NCBI RefSeq assembly: GCF_009914755.1
Contig: NC_060945.1
Direction: 5' to 3' (one strand)
Source: the human T2T-CHM13v2.0 reference genome, Homo sapiens
DNA length: 64,000 nt
A model generated the notes under the pieces. It was not told the origin of the DNA. It searched no databases and saw only the letters and a program-made list of their open reading frames with translations. Both the position numbers and the translations under genes were made by a program. Below, piece after piece: positions 17,297 to 32,559 of the stretch (its first letter is position 1; the number at the start of each line of letters is the position of its first letter).

Positions 17297-18165
17297 GACT
17301 TGGAAATGAAAAGAATAAGATAAAAAAAAGGAAGCCATGACTACTCTGTCACTTTCATTACCAGTCCCTGCACAGCACTGGAGCAATATGTATACATAAC
17401 AAACATTGGTTAAGTTTATGAATTATTTGATGTTATTTCTATCAGCCAGATCTTCTCAAGGTTGAACAAAATAGCCTTAAAAAATCATAGTTTTTCCAGT
17501 CATAGCCGGCTCTAGAAAATTAGTTCATAGGAAGATTGCAGAGCTCTGGAAAAGAGAAGGTGAGTAGTAGAGGTCTTTTTAGTTCTCTTTCAGAATTTTA
17601 TGTCTATCATAATAATTTGGGTAATGTAAATTTCAATCACCCAGTATTTAAGAAAACGGAAGAAGATAAAATGTGCTATATCCTTTATATATTTTGCAAA
17701 TAATTATTGTGGAGCTGGTTTTAACTATTGATTTTGTGATTAATAATAATAATAACTGCATTTAGGTTATGAAATAACACAGAGCCCTACTAGGATTTTC
17801 ATAGTTGAATTTTTTTAATCCAGAAGAATATGACAACAAAATAATTACTGAAGTAACTAAAAAAAATTATTATTGACTTATATTCTCCCTAGCCAAATAT
17901 CTATAACAATGTTTTTCTAAATGTAAATACTAATATAATAATGAAGTCATAAAATAAATCTTGTGGGTCATAAGCTGATTTTTAAACTTATAACAATGTA
18001 TCATAGACTTTAAAATGATGTTTAAAGAGAAATTCTAGCATTCATCTACTTATTTATCCACCTGCATGTATTGAGTGCCTGCTCTAAATGCCAAGTGCTC
18101 TGCTGTAATTGGAAGTAGAATGCTGAACCTGGTAAGTAAGGATACTCCTTTTACAGAGCTGAAAC

Positions 18166-19195
18166 CTGCAGCATGCAATACTGAGAGGTGAAGGCAGCTG
18201 GACTTCCTGGGTGAGTGGGGACTTGGAGAACTTTTCTGTCTAGCTAAAGGTTTGTAAACGCACCAATCAGCAATCTGTAAAAATGCATCCATCTGCGCTC
18301 TGTGTCTAGCTAAAGGTTTGTAAACGCTCCAATCAGCACTCTGTAAAAACTGACCAATCAGCGATCTGTAAAACGGACCAGTCAGTGCTCTGTAAAATGG
18401 ACCAATCAGCAGGACGTGGGCAGGGCCAAATAAGGGAATAAACGCTGGCCACCCGAGCCCACGGAGGCAACCCACTTGGGTGCTCCTCCACGCTGTGGAA
18501 GTTTTGTTCTTTCCCTCTTCGCAATAAGTCTTGCTGCTGCTCAGTATTTGGGTCTGCGCTACCTTTATGAGCTGTAGCACTCCCCACGAAGGTCTGCAGC
18601 TTCACTCCTGAAGCCAGCAACACCACGAACCTACCGGGAGGAACAAACAACTCCAGAGGCACCACCATTAAGAGCTGTTAACACTCACTGCGAAGGTCTC
18701 CGGCTTCACTCCTGAAGTCAGTGAGACCTCGAACCCACCCGAAGGAAGAAACTCCAGACAGATCTGAACATCTGAAGGGATAAACTCCGGACACACCATC
18801 TTTAAGAACTGTAACACTCACCGCGAGGGGCCGCAGCTGCGTTCTTGAAGTCAGCGAGACCAAGAGCCCACTGGAAGGAACCAATTCCGGACACAGTATG
18901 ATAACCCCTAGCCACGTGTGGCTACTGAGCTCTTGAAATATGGCTACTCCAAATTGAGACTTGCTGAAAGCATAAGATAGTCAATTTTTCAATGATAGTA
19001 TGAAAAAAGACAAAGTATTGAATTGATAATTTTATATTGATTACATGTTGGAATAATTATATTTTGGATATATTGGGCTAAATGACACATTAACTCATTT
19101 CATCTGTTTCAATTTAAAAAATACTGCTGCTAGAAAATTTTTAAGGAAATGTGTGGCTTCATTTGTGGCTTGCATTATGTTTCTATTGAACGGAT
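18166..19195 (+). mobile_element. MER3/MER33-like hAT DNA transposon split by LTR12
   Basis: tagccacgtgtggctactgagctcttgaaatatggcta...gcattatgtttctattgaac. Confidence 0.7.
18182..18895 (+). mobile_element. LTR12 (ERV9) solo LTR
   Basis: tgagaggtgaaggcagctggacttcctggg; repeated tgtctagctaaaggtttgtaaac-ccaatcagc units; end ccaattccggacaca. Confidence 0.95.
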
Positions 19196-19482
19196 AGCAC
19201 AGGCTTTGGGTCTAAGGGTAAAACAGATAGTTAAGCAAACAATTGCGATATGGTGTACTAAGTACTATGGAAGGGAAATATAAGCTGTCAATGGGAGAAA
19301 AACATTACCTAATTTAAAATAGTAAAGAAAAGCTTTTCAAGAGGTGGAATGTTTAAATATATACTTAAATAATGGGTAAGAATGGGCCAGAAAAAAAAGC
19401 TAGGGTAGTATATACTCAAAAGTAGAAAAACAAGAATCAAGAAGCAAAACATCTGCATTTGATAAACTAAAAGAAATATAAT

Positions 19483-20040
<558 letters not shown>

Positions 20041-20679
20041 TCAGTGAAGGATTCTAATCAGGTTAAGATATTACCAGATTTCCTTCTTTGAAAGATCATT
20101 CTGGCAGTAAAACAGAAAATGGATTAGAGGAAAACAACACTGATCTTTTCGAAGGTACTGAGCATGAGGATGAAAAACATGCCTTTTGTCTTTGTTATTG
20201 GTTGAAGGTGGAGGGCAAGGGAGGCAGAGGGAGCAGGAGCAAACCTTTAGAGAAAGCGTTTTTTGTGGTTTCTTCAAGAAGTGGGAGAGAGAGTAAACGG
20301 GTTTAGGCTTGGCTAGTTGAATGATTTCAGTGGGCTCTGAATTTCATGGCTGTCTCTATTTGTCTATTATTAGGCCCTGGAGTGATAGGGCAGCAGAATA
20401 TCTACTCTGAACTAAGAGCATAACAAAGGAGGTGGAAGAGGTGCCAGGATAGCTCCCATATTTGGAGTGTTATCATTCAAGTACACACTGGCACCAGGGT
20501 CCCTGAGGCTTGCTCATTGAGATTGTCAACACTGCAAGAAGGAGTTTTTGTGGCAGAACAGACATTGATTGGAGATGCTGGCAAGGTAGATAAGTAATGA
20601 GTCTGGGGCTCTGTAGAGATATTCAGGCAGGGGACAAAATTATACATGAGCTTTTAATGAGTAAATAGTTTTGAGAACA

Positions 20680-21266
20680 TATATATACACATATGGTTTA
20701 TGTGTATATATATAATTTATATATAATTATAACCATACAATAATTATATATAATTATAATATTTATGCATAAATATTATATAATTAATAATATATAATAT
20801 ATTATTATTTATATATTATGTATTATAATTATATATAAAAGTATGTATTATAATTATATAAAATTATATATTTATAATTATATAAAATTATATATTTATA
20901 ATTATATATAATTATATATTTATAATTATATAAAATTATATATTTATAACATTAAATACTTATGTATATATCAATAATATGTGATGAAATATTAATATAT
21001 TGTGTATTAATATATTAGTATATAAATAATATATAATATATTATCAATATATTAATATATAAATAATATATTGTTATCAATACATTAATATATGCTAATA
21101 ATATAACAATATATTATCAATAATATATAAAATATAATAATTATATGTCTGATGATTGTATATATATTGTATATGTATATATACAAGCCATAACTGTTCT
21201 CGACTACTCATTGAAAGCTCATGCATAACTATTTTATATATACATAAATATAATTATATATATAAT
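20680..21266. repeat. AT-rich low-complexity/minisatellite tract
   Basis: Repeated aattatatatttataattatata units; very high AT content. Confidence 0.85.
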
Positions 21267-21626
21267 TGTCTAAGAAATGTGGGAAAAAATGAAAGAAAAT
21301 AAGTCTTAGCCCAAATCTCAAGAATAATTTTAGAATTTTAGATGTTGTTTCTTGATACTATCAGAGCCAATGCTTGTTTTTTTTTTTTCGTATTAAACAT
21401 ATTGAAATGTTTTCCTTTACTATATAAAACTTAAATACATGGTTAATATAACCAGCAAACCTACATAAGGTAACTTTCAAATGTCCCACCTGGCATACAC
21501 TTAAGTAATAAAACTTTAAACAATTATCTAATTATAGAATCCAACTGATTTGTATATACTGCACATATACATTATGTTTTTTTGCATAGTTTTAAGATAA
21601 ATGGAATTTTCCAGGTAGAGAAACTT

Positions 21627-21760
21627 GACTGGGTATCACCATACCTTCTCATGCCTGTCATTCCAGCACTTTGGGAGGCTGAGGCAGGAGGATTGCTTGA
21701 GGCCAGGAATCCAAGACCAATCTGAGCAACATACTGAGAGCGTGTCTCTACAGAAAACAT
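21627..21760 (+). mobile_element. FLAM/Alu monomer
   Basis: gcactttgggaggctgaggcaggaggattgcttgaggccagga...tgtctctacag. Confidence 0.8.
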
Positions 21761-21989
21761 AATAGTAAACAAAAGTTGTGTGGCAACTTGAGGAAAATTA
21801 TTTAATTCAAAACTTCAATATGTGTAGTTCCATCAGTTTGGAAAATCATCCCACCAGTGGCAACACTGTTAGTGGCACTGAATCGCTAACACACAGCTCT
21901 ATTGGTCTGGTTGATAGGTCTGCGTTCACTGTGATTCTACATAGAAGGGGAAAAATCTGGCTTCCTCATTATTTATTTGCTGTGTGTAG

Positions 21990-22441
<452 letters not shown>

Positions 22442-22654
22442 TAATTCTTATAATACGTAAATGTACTCCCAACAATTTTCAAAAGCCTCTGCAGGGAGAT
22501 ATCCAACTACTAATTTAGAGAATGTATAGATCTTTTAAGGAGTATTTTTAAATGTAGATTTCATTATTACTCAGGCAGGGTGAAGCCAAGAGACCAGAAG
22601 ATGATGGTCATTGAAAAGAGATTTTGTTACAGTTCAAGAGAAGCAAGCACAACA

Positions 22655-23147
22655 TGCCATGCCTTCATCTTCTGCTATGATTGTAAGCTTCCTGAGGCCC
22701 TCACCAGAAGTGGATGATGGCTTTACCCTTCTTGTACAGTTTGCAGAATGTGAACAAAAGAAACTTCTTTTCTTCATAAATTACCCAGTCTCAGGTATTC
22801 CTTTAGAACAAGGCAAAACAGATTGGCCCGGCGTGGTGACTCACGCCTGTAATCCCAGCACTTTGGAAGGCCGAGGCGGGAGGATCACGAGGTCAGGAGA
22901 TCAGGACCATCCTGGCTAACACAGTGAAACCCCATCTCTACTAAAAATACAAAAAATTAGCTGGATGTGGTGGCATGCGCCTGTAATCCCAGCACTGGGG
23001 AGGCTTAGGAGAATCACTTGAACCCGGGAGGCAGAGGTTGCAGTGAGCCAAGATCGTGCCACCGCACTCCAGCCTGGACAACAGAGTAAGATTCTGTCTC
23101 AAAAACAAAACAAAACAAAAAAAAACAATGCAAAACAGACTAACACA
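22655..23147 (+). mobile_element. MSTB-like LTR 3' part, interrupted by Alu
   Basis: atgattgtaagcttcctgaggccctcaccagaag...ataaattacccagtctcaggtattcc...gactaacaca. Confidence 0.8.
22825..23125 (+). mobile_element. Alu (AluSc/Y-like)
   Basis: Alu consensus; TSD aacaa(g/t)gcaaaacaga. Confidence 0.93.
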
Positions 23148-24884
23148 GCATTAGAATAAAAAGACAGCATTAGAATAAAAAGACATTGTTAATACAAAGA
23201 GACGGCAAACAGAAGGCCGGAAATGTGGGACTAAAACCAGGAGGACTTGGTCTCCTGGAAGACAAAAGAGGAGATCTTTTCAAGGAATGAGAACCAACAC
23301 TGTTAGGTGATTTTTAGGGTCAAATACGATAAAGGCTTGAGATGGTTAAACTAAACATAACAACGGGCAGATAATTTTAACCTGATATCAGTATGAGTTG
23401 AATTATGAAGAGGAAATCTGATTTCTGAGGTCAGAGAAAAGAGGAAATAGAAACAGTGGGCATGTGCTCTTTTACCCTGAGAATTCTACCTATGCCAGCG
23501 AGGGAGGAACTTGTTAGCCAGAACAAACTGCCATGTCCAGAAAAGATTTTTTTAAAATTTGTTCATTTTATTTTTAGTTCAGCTAGAAGGCAAAAATTAA
23601 GCATGTGTAAAAGCTTACAGGAAGGAAGACGTTTGTGGAGAGTGGTAGGTTAAATATACAGACAGGAAATAATCGGTTTTCTTCAGAAAATGTGGAAGGC
23701 AAGCAATGAAGGGCACACATTTTTTTTTTAAGTGAGCTTTCTTCAGTTCCAGGGGAAAATGATTTTATTCTAACAGAAAACAAGAAAAAAACAGATCAGA
23801 TGAAGGTTCATAAAAATTTGTAACTTTGAGGGCGGGAGACTGAGGGAGTGGTCTTCTGGCAGGTTTTATTTTATTCCTTTTTTCCCCTAAGAATTAGATA
23901 AACTCACCAGATAAGAATAAGGTAGGTGAAAAAAGGATCCTAAATTTAAGAAGAATTTAGGAAGTTAGAAATAGCTGTGTGGAGACTGAGAGAGACAGCC
24001 AATTAGAGAAATAAATCCCCAAAAGGGTGGAGAGCATCTAAAGAATGTAGTAGGTATATTTAAAATTTTATTACAAGCTTTTTCTGCTTCTTAAAGGATA
24101 AAAAAAACAAGTGTACTGAGAATATATCATTTCAAATGAAACAGCATATAAAAGATTTTCATAATAACTGTAAAAAAGATGATATAGTTTTACAGGATTA
24201 GGCATCAGTAATGAAGAAGAATATAGGCCAAATCTGAAAGTCATGTCCTCAGGATGAATCTTAAACACTTACAATGTATGTAACTCATTCACATCAAACC
24301 CAAGAAGTTAGAAACTGCTTTGAAACAGAACGTCATATATCTAGAATTATGGTTTTTCAATTACAGGGGTTGATTCTTATATTCAATTGTAGTTGTCACG
24401 GTGGATTGTTCTCATAGCATATGTAAAAAGGAAAAGAAAATGAATATCCACACCAAATTTGTAGCAGTTGAATTACAATAAGTTTGATGAATTCTGCACA
24501 ATATTAACCAAAGAATTGTGTTATGTTTGCAAAAGGCTTACACATTTGCATAAACTGACAGGAACAAAGAGACTACCTCTTTATGCATATCCCTATTTTC
24601 CTTTACCGATGTTCACATTGAGCAAGGGAATGCAAGCCCAGGGCTCGAAGGAAGGGCATTATGATAGGTTTTTAAAATAACAACTGCCTCTTTCAGCAGT
24701 TATTTTTCTTTAAGGAGCCAAAAACTAAAATTTAAACCTTCATTCTGTCCCAAGCACAACTGAGGAACTTGCCATCACAAATTGAAATCAACAATCATTT
24801 AGACACCTGTTCAGTGCTGTGGAGCCACAAAGATGGCAAACCACAAAGAAGCAAATTATGAAATTCTGGAGACAGCAAAGTATA

Positions 24885-25320
24885 TAGACATGATCCCTGA
24901 AGAATGCGGGGTTTGGGAGTTCTGACCTCCATGCAGTCAAAGATCCACGTATAACTTTGACTTCGCAAAAATTTAACTACTAATAACCTACTGTTGACCA
25001 GAAGCCTTAATGATAACATAAACAGTTGATTAACAAAATGTTTTGTATGTGTTATATAGTGTATTATTACAATAAAGTAAGCTAGAGAACTGAACATGTT
25101 ATTAAGAAAATCATAAGGAAGAGGAAGTATATTTACTATTTATTATGTGGAAATGGATCATCATAAAAGGTCTTCATCCTGGTCATCTTAACATTGAGTA
25201 GAGTAAGGAGGAGGAAGAGAAGAGGCTGATCTTACTGGCTCAGGGGTGGCAGAGGTAGAAGAAAATCCACATATACGCTGACCTTCAGAGTTAAAACCCA
25301 TATTGTTCAAGGGTCAACTG
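24885..25320 (-). mobile_element. Tigger2a (MER28) DNA transposon
   Basis: TIR ttgttcaagggtcaactg followed by TA; internal ctactgttgaccagaagcctt and ggatcatcataaa-ggtcttcatcct. Confidence 0.88.
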
Positions 25321-25354
25321 TATAACTGACAACTACAACCATAACTAAGAATTA

Positions 25355-25590
25355 TAAGTTAGTGATTAAAAAGGTGAGCTTCAGAATTAGGTATAGCTAG
25401 TTGGTGTTACCCACTATAAACTGTGTGACAATGGGTAAGATACTTATTCATCCTAAATCTCAGGTTTGCTTGTCTGTAAAATGAGCAGGATAACATTCAC
25501 TTCCATAAGATAGGGTACCAGTAAGTGAAGTAAGTATTAAAGTGCCTCTTATGATATCCTTCACATATTAGCCATTAACAAATAGAAACT
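25355..25590 (+). mobile_element. MIR
   Basis: ctgtgtgacaatgggtaagatacttatt...ctcaggtttgcttgtctgtaaaatg core. Confidence 0.6.
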
Positions 25591-25715
25591 GAAGCAATAC
25601 ATAAGAGTGTTGAAGACATTAATTCAGTCTAAATGCAGTGGGGTGCAGAAAGGAAGGGTGTTTCCTTTCCCAGATCCCAATGCTAGCTAAGGCTAAGTAC
25701 AAAATCTGTATCATG

Positions 25716-26020
<305 letters not shown>

Positions 26021-26035
26021 TTATGTCCAATCAAA

Positions 26036-26037
<2 letters not shown>

Positions 26038-26113
<76 letters not shown>
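26038..26113 (+). repeat. (CA)n + (CT)n compound microsatellite
   Basis: Seen directly in sequence. Confidence 0.95.
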
Positions 26114-26118
<5 letters not shown>

Positions 26119-26545
26119 AAAACTCAGTTTTAAAGTTGGTGTCGGCTTTACCACATTGAAAAATAAATTCCCTGATGCAGGTCACCTCCCCTGATAAAGG
26201 CTTTTTTTTCATTTTGGGAGCTACATATGTACAATTTTTCTATCAGAAAATCCCCCACCTTCAAACATCTAAATTACATCAGCTATAATCTGATCTCTCC
26301 TAATTTACTTTAACAGCAACAAAAACCATATTTCTGTCATCAGTGCTTATATCTCTGCCATGACAAATACCAGTAGAAAAAAATAATAGTCTCTTGGATT
26401 TAGCCTCAAACTTACAACACATCTCTTTGGGTTCATGACCTAATACAAAACTTGTGAATATAAATTTACTCACAAACACATCTATTACCTCAACAGTCTA
26501 TCCCTTCCAAATGAACCTGTACAAGTTAAAAACACAAAATGGAAA

Positions 26546-26589
26546 TATATACATATATATCTATCTATCTATATATCTATCTATCTATC

Positions 26590-26616
<27 letters not shown>
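26546..26616 (+). repeat. (TATC)n/(TA)n microsatellite
   Basis: Seen directly in sequence. Confidence 0.9.
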
Positions 26617-26620
<4 letters not shown>

Positions 26621-26639
26621 CTCCAACTATTCCCTTTCT

Positions 26640-26975
26640 GCTGTGTACTGACAGTTTGTGTCTCATCAAAATTCAAATGTTGAAGCCCTGATTCCCAACA
26701 TGATGGTATTAGAGAGTGGGGCCTGTGGGAAATACTTAAGTCATGAGAGTGGAACCCTATTGATGGGATCAGTTCCCCCTAACAAGAGATGCCAGAGAGC
26801 TTGTTTCCATGTTCTCTGCCCTCTGTCATATGAGGATACAATCAGAAGATTGCTATCTGCAAACTAGGAAGAGTGCTCTCCTTAGACATTTGATTTGCTG
26901 GCACCTTAATCTTAGCCTTTTCAGCCTCCAGACCTGTGAGAAACCACTGTTTGTGGTTTAAGCCATCCAGTCTAG
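26640..26975 (+). mobile_element. MLT1A-like solo LTR
   Basis: aaaattcaaatgttgaagccct...gctggcaccttaatctt...cagcctccagacctgtgagaaa. Confidence 0.85.
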
Positions 26976-27369
26976 GGCAACAGAGACCTCCTTCTATCCT
27001 AACTGAGCAATTAGACTTAATAATCTTGAAACTCACTCACTACGTGACTAATGTACCTTGTCTATTCAGTGTATTTCCCATTAGATTTGTTCATATCACT
27101 GTCCCCTCTTTAAGTATTATGAACCTAAGAAAAAAATATTTTTGTATGGAAATACAAACTGTGTGATTTATGAAATTATATTTTGACATTTTCCTTATTG
27201 TAATCATACAAAACAGTATATACCTAATGTGTGAACCGGCTGTAACTGGGTAGTTAAGCAGGTCACAAATAAAAAATAGTAAAAATAGCTCCTAAATCCA
27301 AATTTTCAGAAAGAAGGGAGACCACATAATTGCATTCAAATGAAAGTTTAAATGGACATTTTAGTGTGT

Positions 27370-28140
27370 TGTTCATGAATTTTGGTTACAAGGAGCAATG
27401 TAGACACACATTGATTCTTTAAAAGATGGAACCATAGAGGATAAGAAAGAAGGCCGTGGAACACAATGGTAACCCACTCATTTCAAATAGGTGATGGAAA
27501 GATGAATTATTCATTTAATAGTGTTAGAAGAATTGGAAAGCCATCTGGAAGAAAATCATTTTGTGTTTTAATTTGCACCAAAATAATTTTAGATTGACAA
27601 GTTATCTATATTATATTTGCAAAAAAAAGGAGAAATCTTTAAAGTACAAGAACAAAGATTGAGGATTATTTATTAAAATGTCAGAGTAGGTAGCACTTCA
27701 AAAAGCAAAATTAAAAGCTGTAAAAAAAAGACTACACTTAAATAATTTTATCACAAAGGCAAAAGACCAACAACAAATGGGGTAAAATATTTTTACCTAA
27801 TATATCAAAAAGACTTGTAGTTTATTTAACACATAAAGAACACCTTCATACAAATAACGAAATCTTAATATATATACACAGACAGTTCATCAAAAATAAA
27901 ATGCAAATTTTTAAAAAAATACGTATAATTTCACATATGTGTTTCAAATAAAATTGATTTTTACCTCGTACATTGCAAACATCAGAAATAGTTTGATAAT
28001 TTTTGAGCAGTTGTGGAGAGTCGGGGCGTAGGTATGTAGATAGGGAAAATAGAAATTTCTGTAAGCTGCTGAAGATAATGTAAATTGGCTTGACCACTGT
28101 GAGAAGCAATTTGACAATATTTGCCTGGGAATTCAATGCA
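27370..28140 (+). mobile_element. Degenerate L1ME fragment
   Basis: A-rich L1 ORF2-end-like motifs (gccatctggaagaaaa, aatgtaaattgg..accactgtgagaagcaatttgacaata). Confidence 0.55.
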
Positions 28141-29029
28141 ATGTTATACCCTCATCTATATTATAATATAATCTTACACCCTCATCTATATTTTGAAAAA
28201 TGACATTTTGTTATTTTTGTAGTATCTCTCATGGCTGTTACTAGTGGGGATGAGATGTCACAGAGACTCTTTGCTTACATTTCTGACCCTATCATCTACA
28301 CCTGCTCAGAAAACATTTGAAAATCCGCTGTCTTTGGAGTCAGAAAATATGTTTAATTTCTAGAACAAGTAAATAATACTCTCTTCACTTTATTTTTTTC
28401 ATCTTAAAATTTAGAACATTACAATTTTTCACATTACTGCTGTATTAAGATAAAATATATAAATTGGTATGTAGTATTCTTCATATTTACCTAATAATTC
28501 ATTTTTTATTCATTCATTCACCAAAGCATTTTCAACATGAAGATCCAGCTAATGCTCATTATCGTTCGTCATGAAATAGAATAATCTCTACACTTGAAAT
28601 AAAAGAATTCAATACAAAATCTTAAATATTACTTCTCAATTTCATAATGTATGACTGTACTAGAGTTCCTAAAGGTTGGCATTCAGGATTTCATGCAATG
28701 ATAGCAATGTAGTAGAGTTTTTATTATAATCCCTGAGACGTTATTGGCATTTTGTAGGCAGGAGCCAGAGGTGCTGATTTTCATTCAGTGTGTGGGGTCA
28801 GAACCAACCAATGAAGATTTATTGCATTGAACGTGCTAATAGTACACATGTTGAAACATGCCTATAGACAGACCATTTCAACTGAAAAATGTAAAAGATA
28901 TATATTATCCAGAGATGTTAAGGAATTTGTCCAGGTCACCTACTGAGTCAATTGCGTACTCCAAGATGAGAATCTGATGTTCTTGTCCAGCTCATGAATG
29001 TTCAAAAAAACTGTTTTATTAATCGTTTT

Positions 29030-29140
29030 CCTCCCTCCCTCCCTCCCTCTCTCCCTCCCTCCCTCCCTTCCTTCTTTCCTTCCTTCCTTCCTTCTTTCCT
29101 TCCTTCCTTCCTCTTTCCTTCTTTCCTTCCCTCTTTCCCT
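29030..29140 (+). repeat. (CCCT)n/(CCTT)n homopyrimidine tract
   Basis: Seen directly in sequence. Confidence 0.95.
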
Positions 29141-29316
29141 ATCTCTCTGCTTTCCTGTCTCATTTTTAACTCCTCAATTTCTTATTTTCTTTCATTTTTT
29201 TCTTCCTTCTTCTCTCGAATTTCAAATTTATATCGTACAAAAACACAAAAACACTTTTCTTTCATTTAGCAAACATAAAAGATACCTTTCATTTATTTAG
29301 AAAGAAAGAAATGAGG

Positions 29317-30081
<765 letters not shown>

Positions 30082-30967
30082 GAAAGAAATTGCTCTGAGA
30101 GGCTGATTGTAGTCCTGTACTTCACCTTTTCCAATCTTCTGCTTCCTCACAGGTTTATCTCTCCATCCTCCTAAATTCAGTTGCTTATTCCCCAGAATAC
30201 ATGATAGGACATCTGTGGTGGCTTCTTCTGAGATTTATTTAGCCAGACTTTCATTAAAATAGCAACTGAATTGACTCAATAAAATGTTGCTTATCTTAAT
30301 AAAGCTCTTTAGAGCTTTGCAAATTTGCATTTAATACTCTTTAGTGTCATTATGGCATTAATAATCTGTGCCCAAAGAGCAATAAAAAAAAACTTTATAC
30401 TTTGTATTTAATAGAGGTAGCTTCATAACCCTTCATTTTCACGCAACTTGGGCTTTTAAATTACCAGACAGAAAAAGGCAGAATATTCATAGGCAAAATG
30501 TGGTCAAGTCTCAACGATAATACTACTTAGGCTGAATGAATCTGAGGCTTCTAGGATATCAGCCTCCTTATATTACCCAATTGAAGAAAATAATCCATAT
30601 CCATTTTTGCAAGCTTGTAACATGCACATCAACATCTCTTTAAGAAGAAATTGCTTTAGAGTCTCTTGAAATATTCTCATTGCTCTTAAGAATGAGATAG
30701 GAAGAGAGCAAAGAGAAGTAGGGATGAAGCTGTAAGTAAATGAGATGATATATTGGCTGATGCTTTAAGATAAGTCTTTCAAACCCATATGCTTAAATAA
30801 ATTATTAAATGGAATAAGAAAATGTTATGACTGACTTTGGCACCTTGCTCCCATCTCTTTACATCTAGTTTCTCCTGGCAGATTCTATTTGCATTTGTAG
30901 CATAAGTGAAAATGAAAGAAATATTGAGAAATATTTCAAATCTAGATTTCAAATAGCCACAGTTTGG

Positions 30968-31410
30968 TGACAAAACTCTCTCTTTGACCCAGCTGTAGCC
31001 AGGCTCCTCTAAGCACACTTACAGAGTAGGCCTTGACCTTAGCCGCCTATCCTTGTCTGATATGCATAGTCCAGTCTTAGCAAGGTTCTCCTTAGTTTAG
31101 AAAGAATCCCTGACCTCTGATACCGGATGACTCTCCATATCTGATCAGGTTTCTCATCTCCCATCTTTGTTGTCTATGTCTTTGGCCTGCCCTTCAGCAA
31201 GAATCCAATTAAGTTGGTTTAGCAAGAATTCCTCTATCTTTGATGCCTCCTCTTAGCAATTTTCCATCCACTGACCTTCTCACTCTCCTCTTTAGCTATA
31301 AATCTCCAGCTATCTTTACCACAGTCAAAGTTGACCCCCATTTCTTTCCCCGATAGCAGTAGTCTTGAATAAACCCTTCTTTACTGTTTTAATTACTGTC
31401 TGAATAATTT
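30968..31410 (+). mobile_element. MER31-like ERV1 LTR, copy 1 (lacks the terminal ~10 bp)
   Basis: tgacaaaactctctctttgacccagctgtagccaggctcctct...; about 97% identical to 32560-33005. Confidence 0.85.
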
Positions 31411-32559
31411 TTGGCTTCCCCATTTCCAGAAGCAACTGTGTTAAGGCAAATATGTAGTTATTTAGATGTACTGAGCAGACCAATATGGTGGCCAAGAACG
31501 CTGATGCAGGATGTCTTATATATGCACAGTCTTAAAGTTGTTTTACAGTGTAGCCAAAAAACAATTCCAGGAAATATTTGTTACTTTCCTGGGCTGTAGA
31601 ATACAGTATAGTGGGAAAGTCCTTTACATCGCCTAGAGTTTAAAGTCCATTTAGATGAAAATCAAGGTGTGTGTTTAGAAACAGGAGGGAATGCTTAGAA
31701 AGCTCCAGAAATGACACAACCCCCAGACTCTGCATTTGTTAAGTGTGTCATGTATGTTGCAACACAGGTTTTCCCTGGACTGCACTTGAAACAGCCACCA
31801 TCTCAGGTTTGCTATGAGATCAAGGTGGATTTTTCCAAATGAAAGATGTCTAATGAAAATGGAGATAAACCCTTGTAGCCACACTTCTTAACACCTACAG
31901 AATACCATCTCCAGCAAATCAACCAGAAGCATCTGCCAGTAAAACAACAGAGACGTGAGAAAAACAAAAAAAGACTCAAAAAACAAATTTGAAGGCAAAT
32001 ACCTCAAATTTGGACCAGGACAATAAAAGAACATGCTTTTTACATGCAAAAAAAATAAATAAAAATAAGGCCAATGTACATGGAGATGTGCACAGCAAGG
32101 GTGTGAGCTGAAGGAAAACAATCTTGACATTAAGCAGGAGTGTGAGTGAAGAACACGTCTATGGACTGACTATAAGGCAGCAAAGGCTGAAACAGGTTCA
32201 AGTTCCCACTGTGGGAGAGCTCCCTGACAGAGGAAAGGCAGTTTCTGGTGTTCCACGGAAGAAGGAAGAAAACAAAACCCTCCTTGAAGCAGGATGGCAG
32301 GAGCCAGTGACGAAAATCAGAATAACTTGCAGCAATATTTTTTTTCTTTTTCCTTTTTTAAAATAGCCGCTCTAAAGCAACTTTTCTGACAAGCAGTGTA
32401 CGGAAGGGCATAGAAGAGGATTAAATATTTTCTAGACCAGTATCAATTCAGTTAGATACAAGTTGAGAAAAATGTGATGCTTTGACCCACATGGTAATGT
32501 TTATTTTGCACTATTAATTTTTGCACTATTAAAGCATTTACTTATATTGTAATACTTGG

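Noticed and set aside
18050-18884. ORFs of 176, 111 and 68 aa
   Set aside because: Antisense readings of the LTR12 repeat units; no protein family features
23145-23182. 19-bp tandem duplication, and similar 14-16-bp repeats near 16681, 28146, 62369 and 63097
   Set aside because: Ordinary slippage-scale duplications; not CRISPR-like because there is no regular repeat-spacer array and the DNA is eukaryotic
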